DNA of 37,320 nucleotides from a virus (Duplodnaviria; Heunggongvirae; Uroviricota; Caudoviricetes): IMG/VR virus record IMGVR_UViG_2617270964_000016, positions 1 to 37,320 of that record; one strand, 5' to 3'. Shown piece by piece: positions 1 to 7,665 of this stretch (position 1 is its first letter; each line of letters starts with the position of its first letter). The notes under the pieces were generated by a model. It saw only the letters and a program-made list of their open reading frames with translations, ran no database searches and was not told where the DNA came from. The position numbers and the translations under genes were made by a program.

Positions 1-474
1 ATGTACAGTCCGGTACAAATAGCCAATAAATTCATAACGTTGGGAAACCAACATCATAATCCTCTGACCCACATGCAACTGCAGAAGCTTACTTATATTG
101 CCCATGGTTACTATTTAGCATTAACAGGTAAGCCTTTGCTCAATGAATGTGTCTCCGCGTGGAAGTACGGTCCAGTTATTCCTGGAATGTACGATGCTTT
201 CAAAGACTATGGGAATAAACCTGTTACGAATGTAGCAGTAGCTCCTTTTGGTGGCATCGTTACTATGGATCCGCAAGCAGAGAGCATTATCGGGGCTGTT
301 TATAAGTTTTACGGCTCGAAAAATGGAATTGAGTTATCAACTCTAACTCATATGCCAGGTACGCCTTGGTCACAAGCTTATAATGGTATTGGCTCGTCAA
401 TCATCTCAAATGATGCGATCAAGGCTTATTATCATGATTTATTGAATAACCGACAGCAATGTCAGGGCCTCTGA
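1..474 (+). CDS. Panacea-domain (DUF4065, GepA/SocA/PanA-like) phage-associated protein, putative antitoxin
   Basis: ATG at window base 1. Protein carries the Panacea-like signature LQKLTYIAHGYYLALTGKPLL...AWKYGPVIPGMYDAFKDYG. Region is AT-rich compared with the phage backbone. Confidence 0.6.
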   Translation: MYSPVQIANKFITLGNQHHNPLTHMQLQKLTYIAHGYYLALTGKPLLNECVSAWKYGPVIPGMYDAFKDYGNKPVTNVAVAPFGGIVTMDPQAESIIGAVYKFYGSKNGIELSTLTHMPGTPWSQAYNGIGSSIISNDAIKAYYHDLLNNRQQCQGL

Positions 475-495
475 AAAGTAATATTCAGGGATGAC

Positions 496-1044
496 ATGTC
501 TCACAATTCAGATATTTATAAACTTATCGGAGCGGCCGCAGGTGTTGAAAATGGTCGCTCTGAAGCATCCTTAAACTCTACTGACAGTCAAGAACAGGTT
601 TTTGAATCTGCATTTGAGCCGTCTAATCATGAGAGCGACGATGATTCTTCTTCAGAAAATAAAGCTATTCTGGAGGCAGAAGAGTTTGGTTCTAATACTG
701 GTGCATTGCATGAGTTTATGCAGCAGAACAGAATGGACAGTCTTCAAGCTCAGCTTGATATGCTCAAATCACAAGTACGGGATAAGATAGCTGACGCAAC
801 TGGTAAAGAAATAGACAATGAGCTTCGGACAAAAATGGCCTCATTCACGGTTTGGTTTATGTCGTGTTGGTGCTTATTCGTTGTCGCAATGTTTACATCG
901 TTTCTTATTGCACATGAAGGAAAGCCTCCAGTTGAAGCGATCGTTGCATTACTAGGTACAAGTACAATTAGTATTGTTGGTTTGGTTGGTTTCGTTGTTA
1001 GTGGATTGTTCAAATCAAGAAAAGATAGTGATAAAGAAAAATAA
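496..1044 (+). CDS. Uncharacterised membrane protein: acidic N-terminal region plus C-terminal 2-TM hairpin; candidate toxin/effector partner of the Panacea protein
   Basis: ATG 496 with AGGGA Shine-Dalgarno at 485-489, 21 nt after the upstream stop. Ser/Asp/Glu-rich N-region, then two hydrophobic helices (FTVWFMSCWCLFVVAMFTSFLIA and IVALLGTSTISIVGLVGFVVSGLF) and a basic tail KSRKDSDKEK. Confidence 0.5.
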   Translation: MSHNSDIYKLIGAAAGVENGRSEASLNSTDSQEQVFESAFEPSNHESDDDSSSENKAILEAEEFGSNTGALHEFMQQNRMDSLQAQLDMLKSQVRDKIADATGKEIDNELRTKMASFTVWFMSCWCLFVVAMFTSFLIAHEGKPPVEAIVALLGTSTISIVGLVGFVVSGLFKSRKDSDKEK

Positions 1045-1062
1045 CCCGTACATATACGGGTT
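1043..1062. terminator. Hairpin between convergent genes (8-bp perfect stem AACCCGTA/TACGGGTT, 4-nt loop); T-tract on the minus-strand side
   Basis: Seen directly: aacccgta-cata-tacgggtt. On the minus strand the stem is followed by ATTTTTCTTTAT. Sits between the stop of the 496-1044 ORF and the stop of the 1078-1350 ORF. Confidence 0.5.
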
Positions 1063-1077
1063 ATCCATAGTTTTAGT

Positions 1078-1350
1078 TTAGTTATATTTTTGTTTTTCCG
1101 TTCTGACTTTTTCCCACTCAGCTCGCCCTTCTTCCCGTCTTTTGTCAATATATTCCGCAAGATCCTGAATGTTGATGCAGCGTTTTGCTTTTTGTGATGT
1201 ACCGATGCGATATGTAGGTACAGGCAACTTACAAGCGTTTGCTTTTGCTTCTGCTGTGGCTGGACTCATACCAAAGTATTTTTGACTAACTGCTGAGAGT
1301 TCAATGTTAGGGGTATTGAATTCAGCCATCAGTAAAAACAAGGTGTTCAT
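1078..1350 (-). CDS. PrtN-family small DNA-binding protein (possible excisionase-like regulator)
   Basis: ORF-track ORF 1078-1377. Preferred start is the ATG at 1350 (MNTLFLLMAEF...), preceded by GGAG. Motif recalled for PrtN-like proteins (...QDLAEYIDKRREE...). Last gene of the leftward operon. Confidence 0.45.
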   Translation of the reverse strand: MNTLFLLMAEFNTPNIELSAVSQKYFGMSPATAEAKANACKLPVPTYRIGTSQKAKRCINIQDLAEYIDKRREEGRAEWEKVRTEKQKYN

Positions 1351-1386
1351 AATTTTCTCCATCAAAACCGGCTGCACCCGGGAAAA

Positions 1387-1959
1387 TCATAATTCTGTGC
1401 TGGTGGCAGGAATTAATTTCTGCCAGATAGCGGAAACATATTTTGCCTGATGACGGGCATCGGCCAGGGCGTTGTGCCGTTCGCCATCGAAAGGCATGTC
1501 CATTTTGGGGTCGAATCCGATGGAACGCCCAAGCGTAACGATCGTGCGTACATCGTGGTCATTCCAGTATGCCCACGGGCAGATTTGTCCTGCTCGCTCA
1601 TAAGCTCCACGTAAAATTACGTTGTCGAAGGTGGCCCCGTTACCCCAGACTTTTAAATATTTCGTATTGGCTGCGTGCCGGTTAATGAAATGATTTAGTT
1701 CTGAGAGGGCATCGCTGATCGACAAAGTATCATCAATACAGATTGCAGCTCGTGCTTCAGGGCTTTGTTTCAACCACCACAGGATGGTATCGCCGTCAGG
1801 TGTAGCTCCTTGCCCCATAGCACTTTCCAGGCTAACAACCGTATAGAATTCTTGTCCGATGTCTCCGGTTTCTGGAGTGAAGAACACCGCGCCAATGGAA
1901 ACGATCGGTGCATCCTTATTTTTCCCCATCGTCTCAAGGTCGATCATTAAGTTGTTCAT
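1387..1959 (-). CDS. DnaQ-like 3'-5' exonuclease (phage-type)
   Basis: N-terminus MIDLETMG... with acidic exonuclease motifs. ATG at 1959 preceded by AGGAGG (the track's GTG at 1962 is less likely). Confidence 0.6.
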   Translation of the reverse strand: MNNLMIDLETMGKNKDAPIVSIGAVFFTPETGDIGQEFYTVVSLESAMGQGATPDGDTILWWLKQSPEARAAICIDDTLSISDALSELNHFINRHAANTKYLKVWGNGATFDNVILRGAYERAGQICPWAYWNDHDVRTIVTLGRSIGFDPKMDMPFDGERHNALADARHQAKYVSAIWQKLIPATSTEL

Positions 1960-2720
1960 CACTTCACCTCCTGCGGTGGTTCAGGAATCGGCATCCATCT
2001 GATTACATCGCAATTACGTAGGCTGATGTCATCTCCAAGCCATCCTTGACCTTCAGACCAGCATTGCACGTAATACCCGTCTGCGGCGTCAACTACGCAC
2101 CACTGCGCGTCGTTCGGCATTCGCTCACTACAGCTTATCCAACTATCCGGAGTTCCCGGAGAGTTGCCATTTACATCGAAGTTTGGCTCTGCGTCCTGAA
2201 CCAGGAGGATGTAACCATTCTTGGCTGTATCAAGTTCTAACGCCTCGGTGACGGTGCCGAAATAGCGATTACCTAAATCAGCATCACAAGTGCTTACATC
2301 AATGGAAACTTCCATGCCTTCGATTAATTCTGGCAAGTTGTAAGTTTGGCTTACAGGTTGGCTACCCTGAAGCATGGCGGCGCGGCAGGCGTTCCAGCCA
2401 TCAGCATATGTTTCAGTTACACCGTCGAGATGGCAGGTAAGCAAATCCATTTCATCAGGCACTACCAGCGCTGGCGGCGCGGTGTAAAGCTGGTGCATTC
2501 CATCAGGCAGCGAGTGACCTACATACTCACCGAACCCGTCAACACACATGCACCCATCCTCAATAATGCATGACGCCACTGGCTCTGCTTCCAGCGATGC
2601 CAGTGCAATTCGTGCCAGTTCTTCCGCTTCTTCTGCTGGCAGTACAACGTTGCTACCAGGTCCGTATGTTTCGCGCCACTGCTTGATTGTCAGTAGTCGC
2701 TCTTTGGTAATAGTGGTCAT
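1959..2720 (-). CDS. DUF551-domain phage protein
   Basis: C-terminal Trp/Cys-rich segment SERMPNDAQWCVVDAADGYYVQCWSEGQGW...IRWMPIPEPP typical of DUF551. ATG 2720 with AGGTGA Shine-Dalgarno. Confidence 0.55.
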   Translation of the reverse strand: MTTITKERLLTIKQWRETYGPGSNVVLPAEEAEELARIALASLEAEPVASCIIEDGCMCVDGFGEYVGHSLPDGMHQLYTAPPALVVPDEMDLLTCHLDGVTETYADGWNACRAAMLQGSQPVSQTYNLPELIEGMEVSIDVSTCDADLGNRYFGTVTEALELDTAKNGYILLVQDAEPNFDVNGNSPGTPDSWISCSERMPNDAQWCVVDAADGYYVQCWSEGQGWLGDDISLRNCDVIRWMPIPEPPQEVK

Positions 2721-2722
2721 AG

Positions 2723-2914
2723 CTATTTCACCTTAATCTCAACATTTCGCAGCTTTAGCTCTACTGGCAGGTCTGACTTTCCGGTTAATGCTAATGCGAG
2801 ATTTTCTGGAGTAATGAGAGCCGTTATTGTTTTCCCCATCGCCAGACGAATAATCATTCGTATCTCGCGATCGTCACATGCTCCCGGCCGAACGATTGAT
2901 ATTTGTCCGTCCAT
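2723..2914 (-). CDS. Hypothetical small protein (63 aa)
   Basis: Track ORF 2723-2956. The internal ATG at 2914 has a strong AAGGAGAG Shine-Dalgarno, so the shorter product MDGQISIVRPG... is preferred. Confidence 0.35.
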   Translation of the reverse strand: MDGQISIVRPGACDDREIRMIIRLAMGKTITALITPENLALALTGKSDLPVELKLRNVEIKVK

Positions 2915-2915
2915 C

Positions 2916-3425
2916 TCACTCTCCTTTGATGCGAATGCCAGTAGCGCGGATTGCATCGATGACTTCAGAAACTTTGTATGCCATTACCGTTTGGTAATCA
3001 TCGTGAAAATCTGTTCGATGAAGCATGCTGCTACGTTCCGGGAGCCGTATTTCCCGTGCTTCCAGTTCTGCTATGCGCTTCTCTGCGGCTTCCAGCTTGG
3101 CTTCTGCATCTTTGGCTCGCATCTGCCAGTTGATAGCGATGTCGATAACGCTGTTAGCACAACTGGACTCATTCTCTTCGGCTGCTTTAGCTTCAGAAAG
3201 CTCATCAAGCAATCCAAGAACAACAGTTGGCGTGGCGAGCGTGATAAAACGCATATTGCTCATATGCTCTTCATCGCTGACCTCATCTCCAGCCTCGACC
3301 GCTGCCATGTGCTGAACATAGCCGCTATCACAGGTATTCCAGATTGCCCCTGCCTCGTAACCCCATTCACCATGTAGTGCTTTTTCTGCCGCCTCACGCA
3401 GTGCCTGGTAATTAATTTTGCTCAC
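2916..3425 (-). CDS. Ea22-like coiled-coil phage protein
   Basis: GTG start at 3425 preceded by AGGAGG. Contains AEAKLEAAEKRIAELEARE coiled-coil segment shared with the next gene. Confidence 0.45.
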   Translation of the reverse strand: MSKINYQALREAAEKALHGEWGYEAGAIWNTCDSGYVQHMAAVEAGDEVSDEEHMSNMRFITLATPTVVLGLLDELSEAKAAEENESSCANSVIDIAINWQMRAKDAEAKLEAAEKRIAELEAREIRLPERSSMLHRTDFHDDYQTVMAYKVSEVIDAIRATGIRIKGE

Positions 3426-3930
3426 TGACTGCCTCCTTCTTAATCAGTTTACACAGGTGCTCCACAGCCACAGAGAGTGCATCCACCGCTCGTTTATCCA
3501 GACGCGGGGCCAGAGCAAGCAGTTCATTTATTGCAATCTGAATACCATGCTCCGCCGCCAGCGCCGCGCGATTGCTCTCCAGCTCTGCAATGCGCTGTTT
3601 TGCGGCATCAAGTTCAATCGATAATTTTTCCAACTGCTCTTTATGCTTCTTATATTCCTGATATGCGTGCCAGGACTGACCTTTGCGCACACTATCAGTA
3701 ATATCAGTAATCTGTTCTGGTGTTAGCGTGGTCAGTGGCTGTGCTGGGAAAATCAGCACTTTCCCGGAATCCCAATCAAAACCAGCGTGAATTGACTGAA
3801 CCTCAACTGAGGGTGTTGAACCAATGCTGCCAGGCGAATGAACAACGATCGTTACATCCATATCGCGACGATGGCTGTGGTTGTTGGACAAAATACGATT
3901 CACCAACTCAGAAAATTTGGAGAATTTCAT
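3412..3930 (-). CDS. Hypothetical phage protein, paralogous coiled-coil module (Ea22-like)
   Basis: ATG at 3930 (MKFSKFSELV...) with GAGG Shine-Dalgarno. Segment LDAAKQRIAELESNRAAL parallels the neighbouring gene. Confidence 0.4.
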   Translation of the reverse strand: MKFSKFSELVNRILSNNHSHRRDMDVTIVVHSPGSIGSTPSVEVQSIHAGFDWDSGKVLIFPAQPLTTLTPEQITDITDSVRKGQSWHAYQEYKKHKEQLEKLSIELDAAKQRIAELESNRAALAAEHGIQIAINELLALAPRLDKRAVDALSVAVEHLCKLIKKEAVSEQN

Positions 3931-3938
3931 GCGGAGCC

Positions 3939-4349
3939 TCAATATGCAAAATAGACCGTTGCCACGCCGTTATAGTGATCAAACGATACGGCGTTTACTT
4001 CATAGCTGGCAGGGAGCTTCGAGCCGAGAACATATCCGGGCCACGTTTTCCATGGAATTTCTCTATTCTCACTACCCCCATATACCGTACATCCAAGTGA
4101 ACCTACAGCCTCGTCAGAACGTTTGCCGCATGTTATGAAACCTATATTTTTCTTGCCGGTCTTAATGGCGATTGGGTGAACGCTGGCTGATGCATTGGCA
4201 GCACGCTGTGACTGTTGGTTTGCGATATTCGCAGAGTTCGCAGCAGCTACAGCAGCCGTGGTCGCGGCGGTAGATGCCACAATAACTGCTGAAGCCTGCG
4301 CCTGTTGGGTAATGGTCAGCAATGCCGCCACAAAAATCATCTTCTTCAC
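3939..4349 (-). CDS. Secreted/periplasmic small protein with cleavable signal peptide
   Basis: GTG 4349 with AAGGAG Shine-Dalgarno gives MKKMIFVAALLTITQQAQA-SAV, a classical n/h/c signal peptide with AQA cleavage motif. Low-complexity Ala/Thr region, then a Cys-containing C-terminal domain. Confidence 0.4.
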   Translation of the reverse strand: MKKMIFVAALLTITQQAQASAVIVASTAATTAAVAAANSANIANQQSQRAANASASVHPIAIKTGKKNIGFITCGKRSDEAVGSLGCTVYGGSENREIPWKTWPGYVLGSKLPASYEVNAVSFDHYNGVATVYFAY

Positions 4350-5071
4350 TTGTCAGCTCCTTTGCGAATCTGTTCCGCCCATTCTTCAAGGGATTTCTCC
4401 GCATATTCACCGGACAGGCCATCAATCGGGTGCGGTTCATTAGCCAACTCTTCTTTCGCTGACAGAATCATGCGCGTAACGTCGAAAACTTCACGTAAAG
4501 ACTTATTGATAAATCCGTGGTTGAAAGCAGCAGCAAGACGGCTGGCGGTATAGTTAATCCCCTCGTTGCGTGCTTCCGAACGAATTTCAGCAAGGCATTT
4601 GCGAAACTCGGAAACGTACTGTTCGACGCTCATTCCCCAGCTAAGTGGACATTCATTGAATGTTTCGCCTTCGTGCTCTTCATCAGGTAGCTCTTTGGTA
4701 AAGAACTCACGCTCAATGGCGTGGAGTGTGTCAGCAAAACGACGTAAGTTACTCAAACCTACCGTAATGGAGAATTCAGGAGCATCACATCCGACGCCCA
4801 TCTGCTGATAAACGGCGGTTTTGAAGGTCTTAAGCCCCGCATTCTCCGCCGCCAGCGCCGAAAACTTCTCATGTGCCAACTTAACAGCCGCATCAGCCTG
4901 CTTAATTGACTCAATCGCTCTCTGGTGGTCTTCGGATAGAGCCGAAATCTTGGCCTCCGCTTCAGCAAATTTACGTACTAGGTACTCAGCATTTGTTTCG
5001 TTCACTTTCAGATCTCGCGGTACACATTTCCCGCGAAGAAACCCTTCCATTTCGAAAACATTCATGCGCAT
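4346..5071 (-). CDS. Hypothetical phage protein (241 aa)
   Basis: Long ORF in the operon frame with stop/start overlap on both sides. No recognisable motif. Confidence 0.4.
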   Translation of the reverse strand: MRMNVFEMEGFLRGKCVPRDLKVNETNAEYLVRKFAEAEAKISALSEDHQRAIESIKQADAAVKLAHEKFSALAAENAGLKTFKTAVYQQMGVGCDAPEFSITVGLSNLRRFADTLHAIEREFFTKELPDEEHEGETFNECPLSWGMSVEQYVSEFRKCLAEIRSEARNEGINYTASRLAAAFNHGFINKSLREVFDVTRMILSAKEELANEPHPIDGLSGEYAEKSLEEWAEQIRKGADK

Positions 5072-5598
5072 TTGCGTAACTCCGATAACTCGTTAAAACG
5101 TTCCATAAACATCCCGTAGGCATGGCCTGGTGACAGTGGAATAACTTTGAACATCTCTGTTGCCGGGATGCCTTCCAGTACAGGCCAGAAAGAGCCATCA
5201 TCAAGCCCGAGATCGCGGCGTTCGGTTGCCAGCATAATGAGATCGGCATATTTCACTGGCGTGCTCATAACAGGAGGTAACCCGTATTTTTCACGGATTA
5301 CGGTGTCTATTTTTTCTTCCATCCGTTTATAGTCAGGAAGAAGTCGTTTCAGTGGCGCGGGGATGTCCTGGCAATATGCTTCTGTTGCATCATGCATTAA
5401 CGCTTCAAAAGCAAATTCCTGCGGTACCAGCTGGCTGCAAAGCACCGCATGTTGGGCGACGCTGTAGAAGTGTGAAAGATGGCCGGCAAAGCGACAGATA
5501 TTTGAAAGGGAAACCGCGATATCGTTAATAACGATGTCATCTTTATTTATCTTGTCATAATAAAAATGCTTCCCGGAAAAAGTTTTAATAAATGACAT
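5062..5598 (-). CDS. HD-domain phosphohydrolase (YfdR-like 5'-deoxynucleotidase)
   Basis: HD motif context ...FAGHLSHFYSVAQHAVL...ALMHDATEAY. ATG 5598 with GGAG-type Shine-Dalgarno; the track ORF extends to 5661. Confidence 0.6.
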   Translation of the reverse strand: MSFIKTFSGKHFYYDKINKDDIVINDIAVSLSNICRFAGHLSHFYSVAQHAVLCSQLVPQEFAFEALMHDATEAYCQDIPAPLKRLLPDYKRMEEKIDTVIREKYGLPPVMSTPVKYADLIMLATERRDLGLDDGSFWPVLEGIPATEMFKVIPLSPGHAYGMFMERFNELSELRKCA

Positions 5599-5726
5599 TT
5601 CGTTCTCCACTTTATATGCGCTGCACCGCGCTGAATTCGGGTAAAAGGAATCCCGCACCATCCGGCGATTATTGAGTTAATTACGTTTCCATAAATGCCC
5701 CCGCAGGGGCATTTGCAGTAATGAAA

Positions 5727-6551
5727 TCAGGCGGTGAAAGTACCAATAAAAGTTTCTACTTTGCTGTCTTTGAATTTCTCAACAAGCAGATCACGAAATT
5801 CGTTAGCCATTTCTTCCTGCACTGCTTCCAGCTGAATAATGCGCAGAACCAGTACAGGACGATCGCCAGTGATAATGCTGAGGCGTAATTTAAACGGACG
5901 TTCTTTCAGGCCTTCAAACGGAACGCATTTAAATTCAAATGCCACTGGCATAATGTCTTTGGTCTTCGCTTCGACAGACTCCATCAGGGAGCGTTTGCCG
6001 CTGAAGTCATTATCTTCAAAATCAGCGGTCTGGTTTGCTTCAATCGTGATTTTACGGACAGCCGCAGCCGCTTTTGTTGCCTGAATGGCGTCACCATTAG
6101 CATCAAAGCCCACAAGGTAGTCGGCCCAGTCTTCAATCCATTCTGCCAGTGACTTCTGGGAGTTACGCTCGCCGTTAACAGACAACAGGGCAGAGAACGG
6201 TGCTGTCTTTTTCAGTTTGAGAGTGGCGGTGTTATCTGCGTGACCTGGTTCATCGATAGTACCCAGGTTAAGTACACTGACGGCACGCATATTATCGGCG
6301 TCGATAAAGCAGCGGGTGCCTTCATCTGCAAGATCTTTAGAATAACGGGTAAAATCATCGATGCTGGCAGTGGAAAGTGCACCACGGAAACGGAAGCGAT
6401 TTAAATTAAATTTTTCCAGATCATGAATGCGGAAATTCTCAGGCAATGCCACAGCATCGGCACCAATCTTACTGATAATTTCATTAACACCCTGAGCAGA
6501 AATAAGGGCATGAATTTGATTAATTGCGGTTGCGTCTAAGTTCTGAGACAT
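5727..6551 (-). CDS. YfdQ-like (DUF2303) phage protein
   Basis: 274-aa ORF, ATG 6551 with GAGGA Shine-Dalgarno. Positional trio with YfdP-like and YfdR-like genes as in CPS-53-type prophages (recalled, not searched). Confidence 0.55.
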   Translation of the reverse strand: MSQNLDATAINQIHALISAQGVNEIISKIGADAVALPENFRIHDLEKFNLNRFRFRGALSTASIDDFTRYSKDLADEGTRCFIDADNMRAVSVLNLGTIDEPGHADNTATLKLKKTAPFSALLSVNGERNSQKSLAEWIEDWADYLVGFDANGDAIQATKAAAAVRKITIEANQTADFEDNDFSGKRSLMESVEAKTKDIMPVAFEFKCVPFEGLKERPFKLRLSIITGDRPVLVLRIIQLEAVQEEMANEFRDLLVEKFKDSKVETFIGTFTA

Positions 6552-6616
6552 AATAAGTCCTCACTATATAAAGATATTCAGTGATGAGATAAATAATCGG
6601 TTAATTAAGAACGATA

Positions 6617-6979
6617 TTAATTACCTGCTGCGCGGAGTTTTCCGTCAGGTTCACCGGCAAGAGTCAGTAATTGTCCCTGGTCTTCCTGCAGAATAGTCAG
6701 GCGACCACCGCGATTGACATACATCGGCGTTTCGGTGGTGTCTTCTTCGGAAATTTTCCCGCGGTTAGTCGGGCGAACATATGAGAGTTTGTGTTTGATT
6801 TTCACACGGTTCTCATCAAACGGTTCGATTTCCAGGTTGAGCGAGACCTTACCTTTGGTTTTCGTGTTCATCACACCGGAAGCGACTTCACTGAGAACAG
6901 CGCCGATTTTGGTTTCAAATACGCCGCCGTCCAGCTCCCCGATAAATGCCTGCACATCAGTACTGCGTTCGCTAGCCAT
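6617..6979 (-). CDS. YfdP-like small phage protein (120 aa)
   Basis: Preferred start is the ATG at 6979 (MASERSTDVQAF...) with GAGGAG Shine-Dalgarno. The track ORF (to 7165) runs into the untranslated PL leader. Confidence 0.5.
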   Translation of the reverse strand: MASERSTDVQAFIGELDGGVFETKIGAVLSEVASGVMNTKTKGKVSLNLEIEPFDENRVKIKHKLSYVRPTNRGKISEEDTTETPMYVNRGGRLTILQEDQGQLLTLAGEPDGKLRAAGN

Positions 6980-7593
6980 TTTGCTGCTCCTCATCATATC
7001 GACCCTGCAAGGTCGGTTGGTTTCTCCACAAAACAGAGAAGAACACCTGCGGTGGCAGCCGCCCGGATGGATTGGGTTATGAGCCCGTCGTCCGGTGATG
7101 CTCTTCTCTGTTTTGTAAAAAGAGCGGTACCAGCCGGAAGCAAGTGTACAAACTGGTACCGCCAAAGCAGTGGCTGTTGTGGTGACCGGTGCTGATCTCC
7201 GGCTTGCGGTTATTTCAGACTCTCACGGGCGTTTAATTGCCCCGCCGAACAGCTCTTTTCCGCAATAGCTGCAATGTCTTTCGCGCATCAGCCTGCGCAT
7301 TCACCACAACGCTGAGAGCACTTAGCCAGTTACGGCACCACACTTTGTCGCGGTTCCATAAATGCCCTCATCGTTGCACCCTGGTCTCTTCCCAGGTGTC
7401 AAACCGAACCGCCACGCTGGTTAGGCGTCTTATCAGCATCATCATTGACTTGCACATTCCGGCTACCTGGTTTGTTTGCCCGAGCAAGGAGTGGATTGTC
7501 CCCTTTAACGTCCCCAGACCGCTAACGACGCATGTGCCATACGCCGTGTTACAACCAAATTTTGTTTAATCTTGCCTGTGACATGTTTCTTTT

Positions 7594-7627
7594 AGATACA
7601 TTATGTATCTCAAGGGTACATTGTCAA
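7594..7627 (-). promoter_or_regulatory. PL-like early-left promoter (-35 TTGACA, 16-nt spacer, -10 CATAAT) overlapped by a palindromic operator AGATACA-TTA-TGTATCT
   Basis: Minus-strand reading: tacTTGACAatgtacccttgagataCATAATgtatct. Perfect 7-bp inverted repeat at 7594-7610 overlaps the -10. Confidence 0.5.
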
Positions 7628-7631
7628 GTAT

Positions 7632-7653
7632 AAAAAAACCTGCCGAAGCAGGT
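7632..7653 (-). terminator. Rho-independent terminator of the repressor transcript
   Basis: Minus-strand stem ACCTGC-TTCG-GCAGGT followed by TTTTTT, directly after the repressor stop at 7666. Confidence 0.55.
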
Positions 7654-7665
7654 TATAAATATTGA

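Noticed and set aside
602-1160. Overlapping small ORFs 602-790 (plus) and 750-1160 (minus) within or antisense to the 2-TM protein gene
   Set aside because: Out-of-frame or antisense overlaps with no start signals. The 496-1044 frame has the Shine-Dalgarno and a coherent domain organisation.
6980-7165. N-terminal 62-codon extension of the YfdP-like ORF in the ORF track
   Set aside because: The internal ATG at 6979 has a strong GAGGAG Shine-Dalgarno and yields the 120-aa product expected for this family; the extension is Cys/Arg-rich and lies in the leader with the 15-bp inverted repeat.
7237-7569. 110-aa plus-strand ORF in the PL leader region
   Set aside because: Runs antisense to the early-left operon, has no Shine-Dalgarno or start context, Arg/Ser/Thr-rich low-complexity composition, and overlaps the promoter/operator region. 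Most likely a chance ORF in GC-rich non-coding DNA.
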